Assembly (NCBI RefSeq): GCF_009914755.1
Contig: NC_060930.1
DNA from: the human T2T-CHM13v2.0 reference genome, Homo sapiens
DNA length: 64,000 nt
Direction: 5' to 3' (one strand)
The notes below the pieces were generated by a model. The model searched no databases, was not told the DNA's origin, and worked only from the letters and a program-made list of their open reading frames with translations. Numbering within the stretch: the stretch's first letter is position 1; every line of letters starts with the position of its first letter. Positions 25,535 to 44,789 of this stretch are shown here, piece by piece. Position numbers and translations under genes: made by a program.

Positions 25535-25852
25535 CCTTTCTTTTTTTGTTGTTTTTGAGAGATAGGGTCTTGCTCAGTCACTCAGGATAGAGTGCAGTGA
25601 CACAATCATGGTTCACTGCAGCCTCAACGTTTTGGGCTAAAGTGATCCTCTCACCACAGCCTCCCAAACTGCTGGGACTAAAGGCATGTACCACCACACT
25701 TGGCTAATTTTTTAATTTTAATTTTTTGTCGAGATAGAGTTTTGCTATGTTGCCTAGGCTGGTCTCGGACTCCAGGGCTCAAGCAATCTTCCTGCCTTGG
25801 CCCCTCAAAATGCTGGAATTACAGGCATGAGCATGAGCTACTCCACCTGGCC
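25535..25852 (-). mobile_element. AluJ
   Basis: Diverged antisense dimer. Confidence 0.85.
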
Positions 25853-26289
25853 TGCTTATCCCTTCTGACCTTGCTTTCTCCTCTCCGTGCCAGTATTCTA
25901 GTTAAGTTAAATGGGTTGAAGTCGATACAACCCCGAGTACAGGTCTGGCTCACAGGAGATGCCCACTAAATGTTGATGTCCTCCTGTTCCTATCCCTGAC
26001 CGAAGAGGAAAGCTGGGAGGCCTCTTCAGGAAATGGGCCTTGGGACCATAGAGTGTGAGAGAAGTGTCCTTAGACATTGACTATAGACCCTGACCTCAGA
26101 GATGAAGGTGCAGAGGCTGAGAAGATTGCCTGATTGTCTGAGGCCACGTAGCTAATTGGTGGCATAAAATTCACAGCACTGAATCCAGTTCTGTTTGGGG
26201 ACCCTGCCTCTGCCTGGGATATGAACCGAGACAACTGTCTTTATCGTATCATTGATCAGTGCCCAATTTCTGAGTCTCCACTTTCGCTG

Positions 26290-26560
26290 TTTCGTTTATT
26301 TATTTCTTTTGTTTTTGAGATGGAGTCTCACTCTGTCGCCCAGGCTGGAGTGCAGTGGTGCAGTCTTGGCTCACTGCATCCTCTACCTCTCATGTTCAAG
26401 TGATTCTCCTGCCTCAGCCTCCTGAGTAGCTGGGATTATAGGCACCCACCACCATGCCCGGCTAATTTTTGTATTTTTAATAGAGATGGGGTTTCACCAT
26501 GTTGGCCAGGCTGGTTTTGAACTCCTGACCTCAAGTGATCTGCCAGCCTGAGCCTCCCAG
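26290..26560 (-). mobile_element. AluS, 5'-truncated
   Basis: Antisense Alu; TCGCTGTTTC on both flanks. Confidence 0.85.
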
Positions 26561-26996
26561 TCGCTGTTTCTCAAAGGTATTTCAGAAATCCTTCCACATG
26601 CTCCATTTACTGTCACTTTCTGTTCAACCGTTTTAGTATCTAATCCTAGGTGCATGGCCCTGCCTTACAATTCTTAGAACTTAGAACGACCACATACATC
26701 CCCAGCATAGTCCTGGATCCAACCACATACATCCCCAGCATAGTCCTGGATCCTCACCGTCTTCTACCCACTCCCTCCACTCCCAGTGTGTACCTTTCCA
26801 ATGGCCCCATTCCCATTCTTAGGTCTCTCTCCTCCCCAGCACTCCTGTTCTCCCCTTTTATTCCCATCCTTATTCTAGCACTTAAATCCTCATCCCAGGC
26901 ATTTATAGACCTCTGTAATTCTTGCCTCCCTGGTACTCATCACAGAGCTTTCCTTCCATGGCATAAGCCACAGTTGCCAGTTATTTGTTGTTTCAG

Positions 26997-27856
26997 GTGA
27001 TGAAAAACAGACTAAGAGCAGGGACTTGCCTCCAGCTGAGGAGCTTCCAGAAAAGGAGCATGGGAAGATATCGTGCCACCTGAGAGAAGACATTGCCCAG
27101 ATTCCTACATGTGCAGAAGCTGGTGAACAGGAGGGCAGGCTACAAAGAAAGCAGAAAAATGCCACAGGAGGGAGGCGGCACATCTGCCATGAATGTGGAA
27201 AGAGTTTTGCTCAAAGCTCAGGCCTGAGTAAACACAGGAGAATCCACACTGGTGAGAAACCCTACGAATGTGAAGAGTGTGGCAAAGCCTTCATTGGGAG
27301 CTCTGCCCTTGTCATTCATCAGAGAGTCCACACTGGTGAGAAGCCATATGAGTGTGAAGAATGTGGTAAGGCCTTCAGTCATAGCTCAGACCTTATCAAG
27401 CATCAGAGAACCCACACTGGGGAGAAGCCCTATGAGTGTGATGACTGTGGGAAGACCTTCAGCCAGAGCTGCAGCCTCCTTGAACATCACAGAATCCACA
27501 CTGGGGAGAAGCCGTATCAGTGCAGTATGTGTGGCAAAGCCTTTAGGCGAAGTTCACATCTCCTGAGACATCAGAGGATCCATACTGGGGATAAAAATGT
27601 TCAGGAACCTGAGCAGGGAGAGGCCTGGAAAAGTAGGATGGAAAGCCAGTTGGAAAATGTTGAAACTCCCATGTCTTATAAATGTAATGAGTGTGAAAGA
27701 AGTTTCACTCAGAATACAGGCCTCATTGAACATCAAAAAATCCACACTGGTGAGAAACCCTATCAGTGTAATGCGTGTGGAAAAGGCTTCACCCGAATTT
27801 CATACCTTGTTCAACATCAGAGAAGCCATGTAGGGAAAAACATCCTATCACAGTGA
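26997..27856 (+). CDS. ZKSCAN3: ZKSCAN3 exon 6, seven C2H2 zinc fingers (5+2) and stop
   Basis: TTTCAG|GT acceptor; TGEKPY-linked fingers; stop TGA 27854-27856; exon sum 402+148+83+124+860=1617 nt = 538 aa. Confidence 0.97.
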
Positions 27857-28295
27857 CCCATGCCATACATGCCAGTTGGTGCTCATTTGTCACTGATCTG
27901 AAGCCACTCCCCCTGGAGTCTCAACTATAGAAATTGTGGGCTGGGCTTTATTTACCACTACACATTATCAGGTGTTAGAAAATGTAGACTGGGTTAGACA
28001 AATTATCTTCTAAGTTCTAGAAGGGGTTTGTAATCAAAACATATTTGATAGGAGGCTACGGGAGAGTTGTCTAGAAGAGGTAAGACCTGAAACTGTTTGT
28101 TCTCTCCCACTAGAATTAAATGGATGTTTAGACTGGCTACTTGCCCTAAACCAGCACTTGGTGATGTCTACTGGGTGGATGGTTGTGATTTGGGGGCTGC
28201 TTCTCTGACCATTCTTTTTGACTGTAATGAATCCTCCACAGTTGGTCAGATTCATAAAGTCTTATATCCCCCTCTGTGCCTTTTCTGCAGGTGCT

Positions 28296-28301
28296 AATAA
28301 A
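28296..28301 (+). terminator. Candidate proximal poly(A) signal of ZKSCAN3
   Basis: AATAAA ~440 nt after the stop. Confidence 0.45.
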
Positions 28302-28483
28302 TGTTTATTGAATGTACCAGTGAGATTACCTTCATAGATCTGAAAATCTGATGTTATCCAGGTTTCTGAAGAACTTCTCGCCAAGGCCATTTGTGCTTGT
28401 GTCCAATTCTCTGACCTAGATTGTGACTCAATCTAGTGTGTTTCTTACCAAGTACATAGGCAGAGCAGGGTTACTGTGATTGA

Positions 28484-28823
<340 letters not shown>

Positions 28824-29157
28824 TAGTGCAAATGCCTTAAAAAGCTTATCACTAAATCATTACGAATGTGTGCCATCCGTGGAATTGCTTTTTTTTTTTT
28901 TTTGTAAATATGAGGTCTCACTATGTTGCCCAGGCTGGTCTCGAAATCCTGGGCAATCCTCCTGCCTCACCCTCTCAAGTACTGGAATTACAGGCGTGAG
29001 CCACCATACCCAGCCCAAATTTCACTCTTTAATGTTTTCCTGTTGCTATTCTTTAAGGAAAAAACTTTCCTATTCAGACAGTGTGAAAATCAGTCATCAA
29101 GTCAGAATAAAATGATGAATATTCTAATGCTCAGTATCTTAGTTCTCTCGGGCCTAA

Positions 29158-29848
<691 letters not shown>

Positions 29849-30233
29849 CAAGTATCACTTATGGTTTCAGAACGCCATTATTAGTGTCTGACTGTCTTGG
29901 TCTTCTTATACATTGATTCCCAAATCACGTGTGGTAACAGCATCTCAATTTTTCATGATGACGGTTTGAACCATTAATTTAATTCCTCAGGCTATCTACT
30001 TTTTTGTTAAACATACTGTGTAGACCATCTTTTTTTTTTCCCATCATGATAGTCAAAATTTTAGTCTGTGTATTCAAGTGAGAAAATTTTTAGTCAGCAT
30101 TATACAAGTAGTATTTATTATGTATACATTCAGTGGAGTTGTTTCTACAAAAGTATTTCGGAATGACTATTCTGCTGCAAACTTGTGTAAGCGCTTCACC
30201 TTATTCCTACAATAAGGAGAAGTGCACTAACAA

Positions 30234-30338
30234 AATGAACAATGCAGCAAGGGCTTCAGTCGCAGCTCAGGTCTTATCAAACACCAGAGAACCCTCAATG
30301 GGAGAAGCCTTATGAGTGTGACAACTGTGGAAAGACAG
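30234..30338 (+). pseudogene. Decayed C2H2 zinc-finger fragment downstream of the ZKSCAN3 CDS
   Basis: NEQCSKGFSRSSGLIKHQRTLN / frameshift / EKPYECDNCGKT. Confidence 0.8.
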
Positions 30339-30713
30339 TTCCTTTTTTGTTAGTATCACTTCTACTTATTGTAGAAATATGCTTTCATTATTGCATCTAC
30401 TCACATTTCTCACTCGGTTTCTGGCACCAGCAATCTCTTCCATATTTATAATATCAGTCAAAAACTCTGGAATTCAAATATAACAAGACTTTTCTGGTCA
30501 CCTTTGATAGTTAATGACTTGGGCATTTTGATATATTATCTCCTGCTGTATGTATTTTGTTTAGTAGAAATTGAATCATTATCCACAATCCTTTATAGAA
30601 CTATCCAAGTCCCTGTTTTTATGCTAGTTTCCAAGGCTTGGTCCTTCAAGGTTTTCAGGGATCTAGGGGACACAAATCTAACAAATCCTAATGTATATTA
30701 TTTGTATTATAGT

Positions 30714-30719
30714 AATAAA
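30714..30719 (+). terminator. Candidate distal poly(A) signal of ZKSCAN3
   Basis: AATAAA followed by GT/T-rich TTTGTTTGAGTGG. Confidence 0.5.
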
Positions 30720-30793
30720 CCATATGGTTACTTTGTTTGAGTGGATTCTTAAATTGAGAAAAATGCATTGCATGATTTCCAAACTTTCTGAAC

Positions 30794-31364
30794 ATATATT
30801 AGGATTCTCCAGAGAAATAGAACCAATAGGATCTGTGTCTAAATATGTATGTATATGTCTGTATGTGTATACATATATATTTGTATTTATAATACTGGTT
30901 TATGTATATTATACATAATATATATGTGTTTGTATATATATATTTATTTATTGGAAAGAATTGGTTCATATGATTATGGAGGCTGAGAAGTCCTAGGTTC
31001 TCCTATCTGCAAACTAGAGACCTAGCGGAGCCAGTGGTGTGAGCTCCAGTCCAAAGGCCAGCAGGTTCAAGACCCAGGAAGAGCCAGTGTTCTAGTTGGA
31101 GTCTGAAGGCCAGAAAAGACTGATGTCCCACCTCAAGATGGGCAGGAGGAGTACCCTTTGAGGGAGCGTTATCTTTTTTGTTTTCTTCCTGCCTTCAACT
31201 AATCAGATGGGGCCCACCCACATTAGGGAGGGTAATCTGCCTTACCTAGTCTACTGATGCAATGATTCATCACATCCAAAAATCAAACACTCAGAATAAT
31301 GTTTGACTAAATATCTGGGCACCTTGTGGCCTGGTCAAGTTGACATATAAAACTGGCCATCACA
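30794..31364 (-). mobile_element. MLT2 (ERVL) solo LTR with internal TA-rich tract
   Basis: TATTAGGATTCTCCAGAGAAATAGAACCAATAGG...GTCAAGTTGACATATAAA...CCATCACA matches MLT2 reverse complement. Confidence 0.8.
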
Positions 31365-32366
31365 ATACTATAGTTTCAACATTAAAACTACAGTATAGTA
31401 TTACAGTTTCGGTAAAGCATTAAAACCTTTAACCCGTGCTTCCCCCTTTTGTCAGTTCTTCCAATTGGCAGTAGGAGCCTGGGAAATAATGTTTGTAGCC
31501 TCCCTACCCTGCTTACAGATCAGGATAGGGAACGGCTGGTATGAGGCAGGCTGAGGGACAAGAGATAAACAACTAGATCACCATTGAATCCTCAGCATCT
31601 AGCAGAGTTCCTGATAAATGAATGATTCTGAAAATTGACTGGTTCTATTTGTTCTTTTGTATTATTAACATAACATAAAATCTCCTGACACTGAGTGCCA
31701 GAGACCAAAGTATTCATATTCATATTTCCAGACATAAAAGTCTTCCCTTATTTCTAAAGAAATTATGTGTTTATAGCCATTCATTCAGCAAACCTGATTG
31801 TGTTATGTCAGGTGCTAAGGAATCAAAGATGAACAAGACATTATCTCTGCCCCCAAAGAACCTAAGACCTAAACCATCTTCTGTCTTACAAGGTATTTTA
31901 TCCATTTCTGTTCTCACTTTGGTGCCGACTTAATAGTTCTTCCTTCAGAGGAATGACTGCACCATGGCTGCCTGGCAACTTGCATCTCTTCATATGAGCC
32001 ACATAGACCAGGATTTAACACCAGCTGATGTAAGCCCTATAACTCACCTAGAACATGAGTGCATGGTAGGTTGTGTGAGAAGCTGATACAATGCCATTTC
32101 TCACACACCTCCCTATCTACCATGGAGGCTGTCCTGAGACAGTTTCCTCTGATGAGGAATGAGGCTTTCTACCTCTCCCCATTTAAGGTATAACTGTAAG
32201 CTATAAACTGCTTATCTGCAGAACAACATCAGCTCCTCAGCAACGAAATGTTTCACCATATGTGTTGCAGTCACATGGCTTCTTCTGATGCCATCTTGTG
32301 AGAAAAAGACATAGAGAGCTGAACTGTTTTAATCCAGAAAGGGCTTATTTCTTTTCTGATCAAATA

Positions 32367-32959
<593 letters not shown>

Positions 32960-33311
32960 TATGCTAGCCTTTCCTTGACAAATTGGTGCCAAACATGGGG
33001 CTGGTGACATTACAATGCCCTTTCAGAAGAAAGATAGATGTGCTCCCACAGGACTGGATAGGACACATGATGAGACTTCCCAGGATCTAGTAGCACATGT
33101 TCTTGCCTAAGTGGTGGGCAAGAAGGAAGGAGTAAGAGTCTTCCCATTGTATTAATAGCTATACTGCATTGGCTAGATTATAGGATGTGAATAGACTCTC
33201 CAGGATCCAATATCATATGCCACTTCCTGATGAATGTTTAGAGGTTAAGTTACTTTAGGTAGGGTTGAACCCAGTTGCCCAATGCCTTAGTTGTTATTAA
33301 AAGTTTGTTGC

Positions 33312-33625
33312 AGGCCAGGCATGGTAGCTCATGCCTGTAATCCCAACACTTTGGAAGGCCCAGACAGCAGTATGGCTTGAGCTAAGGAGTTTGAGACCAG
33401 CCTGGGCAACATAACGAGACCTTGTCTCTACAGAAAATTTCAAGAATTAAAAAAATTAGCTGGGCATAGTGGCACATGCCTGTGGTCTCAGCTACTCAGG
33501 AGGAGGCTGAGGTAGGAGGATCCCTTGAGCCCAGGAAGTCTAGGCTGCAGTGAGCCGAGCTGTGATGGTGACACTACATTCCAGCCTAGGCGATAGAGCG
33601 AGACCCTGTCTCAAAAAAAAAAAAA
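33312..33625 (+). mobile_element. AluJ
   Basis: Sense dimer; AAAAGTTTGTT on both flanks. Confidence 0.85.
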
Positions 33626-34079
33626 GTTTGTTATGACTGAGTGGATGATTTGCACTTAAAAATGAAAGTGCAAGTCTGTGCTTACCAGTGTGGAACAGGT
33701 CTTTTTGTGCTCCCTTGATTTCTCTCTGGCCTATATCGCAACCTCAGTTTTTTAAGGAAAGAAGATTCTCTGGTGCTCCAGCTAACTCTGCATGATGGAC
33801 TCCTCCACATTACTTGGCACTCCGCGAGCTCCCGGCCAACAGACTACGTGCTCTCCTGATAGTTGCTATTGTAACCTTTTAAATGTCTGCACAAAACTTC
33901 TTTATCTGCTTTTTTTTTCTTTTAAGTGTCTACATTCAGCTGATAAGAGTTTGGGGAAAACTTGCAATGAAAAGAAAAAAGTTAAGCAACCTTGTGAGTG
34001 AGGGTGCCTGGAAGATGCTATTCACTGGGGCATAAATGGTCCAGTGAATGACACAAGTAGCTGCCCATTGTTGGACACT

Positions 34080-37330
<3,251 letters not shown>

Positions 37331-38124
37331 ATTATTTGACAAGGATTTTAAAGCAGTCACCATAAAAATGCTTCAGGAAGCATTTAGTTAAATGTTTGAA
37401 AAAAAAGTCTCAGCAAAGAAATAGTCTCAGCAAAAGCTAGAAGATATTTTCAAAGAACAGCAAATAGAAATTTTATAACTGAAAAATCCAATTACTGAAA
37501 TAACTCCCTGGGTAGAATCAACTGCAGCACTTTTGAGTTGTAGGCTTCTCTAGCACCCAATTCATGCGGTCTCCACTGTTACTGGAAGATACATGAAGCA
37601 GAAACAAAAATATAAAAATAAAAATACCACAGGAATTCACCTCTGTGTCTTTCTCTGTATCCTGAAGGTCCTAAATGCCTTTTCCCCTCCAACTTGCAGT
37701 GTCTTCTTGTTTGTTTTACATATAATGCCTAGGGGTCTTAGCTGTACTTAGTGGGAGAAATAGGGAGAAGTGTATCTGCTCCATCTTGTCAGGAACTGGA
37801 TGCCCATACATTATTTTCACTTGTTCATTGGTCAACTGGCCTACATCTCTTAGAATGTAGATTCTTTGTGAAAACTAGAAATTTTGCATGTTTTGTTTAC
37901 CATTTTAACAACAATACCTACATTTCCTGGCACATAAGTATTTGTTGAATGAGTAAATCAGGTAATTCAGATTGGGTGGCTGCTGAAATGATAGGAATTC
38001 TTGTTATGTGGCTGATGGATTGTTAGTATAGACATACATCAGATAATGAGAGTGAACTTGTCTAGTTATGCTTTTCTAGAGTTAATAACAGGAAAGTAAG
38101 TTAAAGATATTAAATAATTATATA

Positions 38125-38432
<308 letters not shown>

Positions 38433-38816
38433 CTTAAGTAATTATATTTTAACAGGCACAATATTTCAAAAACAGGGTGGTGGAAGACAGCATCAGTCCT
38501 GTGGTAAAATGGTTGGGAACTCTTCTACCATTTCTGAAAACTGTTTATATCTTAAATGACTAACTTGTACAGAATTATCATGAGAAAAAATTAAAATCAG
38601 TATATTTGAGGACATAGAGATATTATGTAGATTATCTTACTAGTATAATATTGAACTGGAAACAAAAACAGATTAGAATATCTAAATAAAATTAGACTAA
38701 GTAGCTATTATGAATCTTCAGTGTTACCTTCATTAAAGTAGGAGTTCAATAATGATTCCAATTACAAAATAAGTTGACCAAATAACTCGATTGAATAAGA
38801 TATATACATTAGATTA

Positions 38817-39286
<470 letters not shown>

Positions 39287-39635
39287 TTATACATCCAACA
39301 ATATCGATGAATGTTGAAATCATTATGCTGAATAAAACAAGCAAGACCCCCCCGGAAACAGAACATTCTGTATGAGTCCATTTACATAAAATTCCAGAAA
39401 ATGCAAACTAAATTAGCAAGAGAAGGCAGAACAGAGGTTGCCTGGAGAGGGGGGAAGAGTGCAGGTAAGGGTGGGAGGAATTATCATGGGACATGAGGAA
39501 GCTTTTTTGGGTGACATATTGATAGTAGTGACTGTTTCACAGGTGTATACATGTTAGAACTTATCAAGCTGTACACTTATACAGTTCACTACATATCAAT
39601 TTCCTTCCATAAAGCTGTTTAAAAAGTCATAAGGA

Positions 39636-39940
39636 AGCCAGATATGGTAGCTCATGCCTGTAATCGCAGCACTTTGGAAGGCTGAGGCAGGAGAATTGCT
39701 TGAGGCCAGGAGTTTAGGACCAGCATGAACAACAAAGAGAGACTCTGTTTCTACAAAAACAAACAAAAAAATTAGCTGGGTGTGGTGGTGTGTGCCTGTA
39801 GTCCCAGCTACTTCGGAGACTGAGGTGAAGGATTCCTTGAGCCCAGGAGTTCAAGGCTGCAGTGTGCTATGATTGCACCACTGCACCCCAGCCTGGGTAA
39901 AAGAACAAGACCCTGTCTCTAAAAAAATAAAATAAATAAA
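39636..39940 (+). mobile_element. AluJ within L1M fragments (39290-40520)
   Basis: Sense dimer; flanking L1 motifs (GGAATGCAAGGTTGGTTCAATAT). Confidence 0.8.
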
Positions 39941-40879
39941 ATTTGTTTTAAAAATCATTAGGTTACATTGCATATTCTAGGCAAATAAATTTGAAAGCCT
40001 TGATGAAATGGATAATTTCCAAGGCAAATAAAGATTACCAAAATGGAACCCATTATAAATAGAAAGCCTGAATAGATAACTTTCATAGAATAGAGGAAGT
40101 CACCAAGAAATTATCCCACAAAAAAGCATATGACCCAGAAGGTTTCACATCAGAATCTATCCTTCAAAGATTAACTAGTTCTGATGCTTCATAAATTGTT
40201 CTAGAGCATTAAAAATGAACACAGACTTAAATTATTTTTATGATGCAAGTAAAAGAGTGAAATCTAAACCTGAAAAATATAGTATAAAAATTATGGACCA
40301 ATTTCACATGAATATTGAAGGAAATGTACTAAGCAAAATATTAACAAGTAAACCCATTAATATATTAAGAAAATAACACATCATGGCTAAGTGAGGTTTA
40401 TTCTAGGAATGCAAGGTTGGTTCAATATTAAGAAATCATTTTATATAATAGTAATAGAGTTAAAAAAAACTGTGTGATTTGCAGATACTGGAAAAGCTTT
40501 TTACAGAACACAGTCCATCTTTGAAAATAATGAATTTATTAATAATACCTACGCAAAAAATTTAGGGATGTACAGCAGAGGGACACCTAGAATTCTGAGA
40601 TAATCACTAAAAAGTTTTTAAATACATGGTTCCTGTATTTAGTGCCCTACTATAAAATATATAAGCCTTACTCTCCTATCATGGGTAGAGATCGGGCTAC
40701 ATTATCAACTTGTTGACAGCTTCTAAACATTCTTTCCTACAGGTTTTAGAACTGAAAAGAATAAGCAAGTTACTTATTAGTCTTCACAATGTTTACTATG
40801 TGTTATCTATAAGAAAAAATATCAGTCATTATCTGTCAATAGGCTATACATGAAGTATATTTTTCTATCTTAAAAAAAC

Positions 40880-41180
<301 letters not shown>

Positions 41181-44025
41181 GAAGCCAAGCTAGAAAAATA
41201 TACTCTCTGAAGGGACACCTACACGGTCTTGTGTTGGAGAATATAAAGGTAGTCTCAAATTTACAGAAATTCCCAGCAATTTAATAATATAGTTCCTTTC
41301 ACTGCATTTACTGAAACATGATATATGTGATTTTTATGTCCTAGGGTACCAATACAAGCCTACTCAGACCAAAAAGAAAATAATATATATATATTTACAA
41401 CAAACAGTAGACGATAATACTATTGTGTATACTTGCTGAATGAATTAAAGATATGAGATGAGACTAGAGCAGGCATGAAGAAAAAATACCTGTCTCCCAA
41501 AACAGAGATAATCATCCAGGAGACAGATCACAAATCCAGAGATGCAACTTATTTCAAAAGTCCTGGTTGCTTACACATATAGACCCCTCTGGAAGGGAAA
41601 AATAACTTCTAACATTTCCTTTTCTTGATCTAAGAAACTAATTTAATGTTTTTACTGGCTAAAATGAGCAATTTAGACTACCCATTCCCCATACAACTTG
41701 CCCACTTACATTAATTATATTAACTTTTCAATACTGTGGAGGCTCCCTTGTTGAGGTCTGATCTCTGTCTATACAAGTTTCCACAATCCTCTCATTTATA
41801 AGAGCCTCTCTAATATGAATTCACTCACTGATTTTTCCCAAGTTCCAACCTCTGAAGACTTTTCCGTACTCATCACACTGGCAGGGTTTCCCTTTACTGT
41901 GAATTCTCCAATGCTGAAGCAAGCATCTCCACATTCATCATGTTTATTGTGCAGATTCTCTGGTGCACAGTCAGTCCTGGCTTCTGGGTGAAGGTCTTCC
42001 TACATTCTTTATACGAGTTTGTATAAGGTTTCTTTGCTGAACAAAGGCCTCCTCAGTTATTACATTTATGCAGTCTCTCTCTCATGTGGATTCTTTGAAG
42101 TCAAATAAGGCCATGTGGCTGAAAACTTTCCCACATTCCTTATGGTGACAGCATTTTTCCTTGTGGTGGTTCTTCTAGGGGGAAAAGAGGGTTCCACTAT
42201 AAACAAAAGCCTTTCAAAAACTTGTTGATTGCACAGATTGAAAAGAGATTCTCTTCATCGTGGACTCCATGATGCTGAGTAATGACTCACCATAAACTAA
42301 AGCTTTTACTACACTTACTGCATTGATGTTGCAGTTCTACAGACATTCCCCCCAACAAAATTCAGCATCTCCAGATTTTGTTTTGTTTTGTTTTGGAGCC
42401 AAGTCCTTAGTTTCCTTCTCAGTAACACCATCTAAAACAAAATGCACAGACAATTCAAATGTCAGTTGTCTCTTCTGAAATGAGATTTATGATAGGGTAC
42501 AGTGATTAAAAATAAAATCCACTTTTACCTAAAGTGCATGCCTTTTCTAAGTCTCTAAACAAGCATCTCATTTTTGTGAAGGCACGTGGCAGGGTAGGAG
42601 TAGGGGGGTCCAATTTGGGTGAGAAGAGACAGCTAGGCAGAAAGAGACTGGAAGTGCATGGAAGACTTTTCACAAAAATGTGACAATAAAAGAAATCAGG
42701 AAAGTATAATCAAAAAAGAGAAGATCAGTTTGAATCCAAAGCTGAGAAACAAGGAATATCATGAAACCAAGAGAAAGTTTAATTTGTTAAGGACAGTTAA
42801 AAGGACTATTTCTACTCACTTTAAGTATCTTGGCTACTACTATAAACCTACAGAATGTTCAATAAATATTTGTTGAGTGGATCAGTAAACAACGGGATAT
42901 GATCAAAGTTAACTTGAAACAATAGCTAAACCAGTTTCAAAATACACACTAATCTGATGTGGGGAAATCAATAAACTGGAAAATTAACAGTGGGGAAATA
43001 AATTTTCTAGGTAATATTCATGTCTAAAATGTAAGAAAGCAACACTTTGAAGCTAAAGGAGTTAAGTGGGTCAAAAAAAACAAAACCCCAATCCCCTACA
43101 AATATGGCTGAGATTTCCTACTTAACGAATCAGGTAGATAATGAGAAGGAGATGAGTAGAGACAAGTTTTCTGGGGAGAGGATGCTACTAAAAGTTCTAA
43201 AAGCTTCCCGTGAGGCTCTCCTCTTTCTCTCCAGAGATGCTCTCTCATCAGCTTTCCATATCAAAAGGCAATAACACTGAGAGGTAAACTAAGGTAGGAT
43301 CTTAGGTTTGATCTGAAACCTTTCATTCCAAGGTACTATCTTTGCCAAAAGCATATCTTGTTATATCATTTAGCCTGAGACCTAAAGGCAATGTGATAAA
43401 ATTGGTCTTGGGAAATGGAATTTGAAGCTAAATCCTAAGTTAAAACACCCAACAAACAAAAAACCCAATATAGAAAGAGGAGGTCCCAGAGATGCACCTA
43501 AATAGCAGGAGAATTAAAACCTACTATTTATGGGAAATGTTGGGTTATGGCTCCAGAGACATCTGGTGGATCCTAAAGTTCAGGTTTGCTGCTTTCTATC
43601 CTATTCCCAAAGCCTTTTGCTAGTCAAGCTTTCCCATCGGTGGTTTGTCCTTCATTCAAACTCTCTCTTCAACTTTTCCAGCATCATCGATTGCCTCGTC
43701 TCCACATTCTGGATGATATTATCTTACCTATATCTGCAGCTTCACAAGTAGGGGCCAGGGCCTGTTCCAGCACCTGCTTCATAATATGTATTTCTGGTCT
43801 CAGGAACTACTGGCAAAGCTTCCTAAGTCTTCTGACAGCTCTGTGAAGTCCAAGTGGCTTTTTCCAATGCTGGCAAACCTTCCCAAGTCTTCTGACAGCT
43901 CTGTAAAGTCCAGGTAGCTATCTCCAGAGAGTAGCAATTTAAAGTTTGAGGAAAGACCTGTGATTTCTTTGCCAGCCTGATTCTTTGTTCTAGGCACAGC
44001 CTTCTTCCTTTACCATCAGTCACTA

Positions 44026-44146
44026 TTAGAGATCTCTCCTGAAACAAGATTGCCATTCTGGAATGAGAGAGCTCAGGAGAAGATTCACTCCAGCTTGGGG
44101 TTCAGAGTGATTTTTCAGAAGTATTTCCTTGTAGCTGGTCTTCTTC
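44026..44146 (-). CDS. ZSCAN12: Alternative terminal coding exon of ZSCAN12 (604-aa form)
   Basis: Acceptor TTTTATGCCTCAG|44146; joined to the donor at 52039 gives ...[43 protein letters not shown]; total 1815 nt = 604 aa; this C-terminus matches my recall of a ZSCAN12/ZNF96 isoform. Confidence 0.75.
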
Positions 44147-44789
44147 CTGAGGCATAAAATAACAATGTTAACAGAAGCTAAATTTTGTTTACTTCTTTAG
44201 CCAAGAACTCACTTATCTGAACAAGGCACTGAAAGAAAACGGAACTCTGTCAGGAAGGTAAATAAATTAGGAAAGCAAAAGTGACTGCAAATTATTAGCT
44301 AGCCCCATCTGCTAGCCTTTTACTCTCTAAAAGTTTTTATTAATAAAACTTTAAAGATCATGACCCTCTTCCCTTGGCTCCCCCCCACTTCAAAATACCC
44401 ATATAAACGGCAGAGATAAGAACATCAGAAATGAAAAATAACAACGGCTAATATTTATTTAAAATGCACCATGCATGCAGCCATTTAAGTAGACACTTAT
44501 AATCTCACTGACAGAGGAATAAAACTGAGGCACAGAGAGATTAAGTAATTTGCTCAAAGTCACACAACAGCTAGGTGGATTCTTTTCTTGTACTCAGCGT
44601 CGATCTTGGGAAAATCATGAATCACATAATTTCCCCAAATGAACCCAACTTTCCTTTCACCAAACGGGGAACCCAGACTCCTTTTTCTCAACAGCCAGTT
44701 TTCCTGATACCTCAAAACTTGGAAGTCATCCTTAACTTCCCCTGGCAGCTCTCAACCTATCAGGCCCAACCTCACCAGAGACACTGAAA

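Noticed and set aside
32980-33000. PBS-like TGGTGCCAAACATGGGG, possibly an ancient LTR element at 31.9-34.1 kb
   Set aside because: Only a partial tRNA match; I could not define LTR ends or coding motifs
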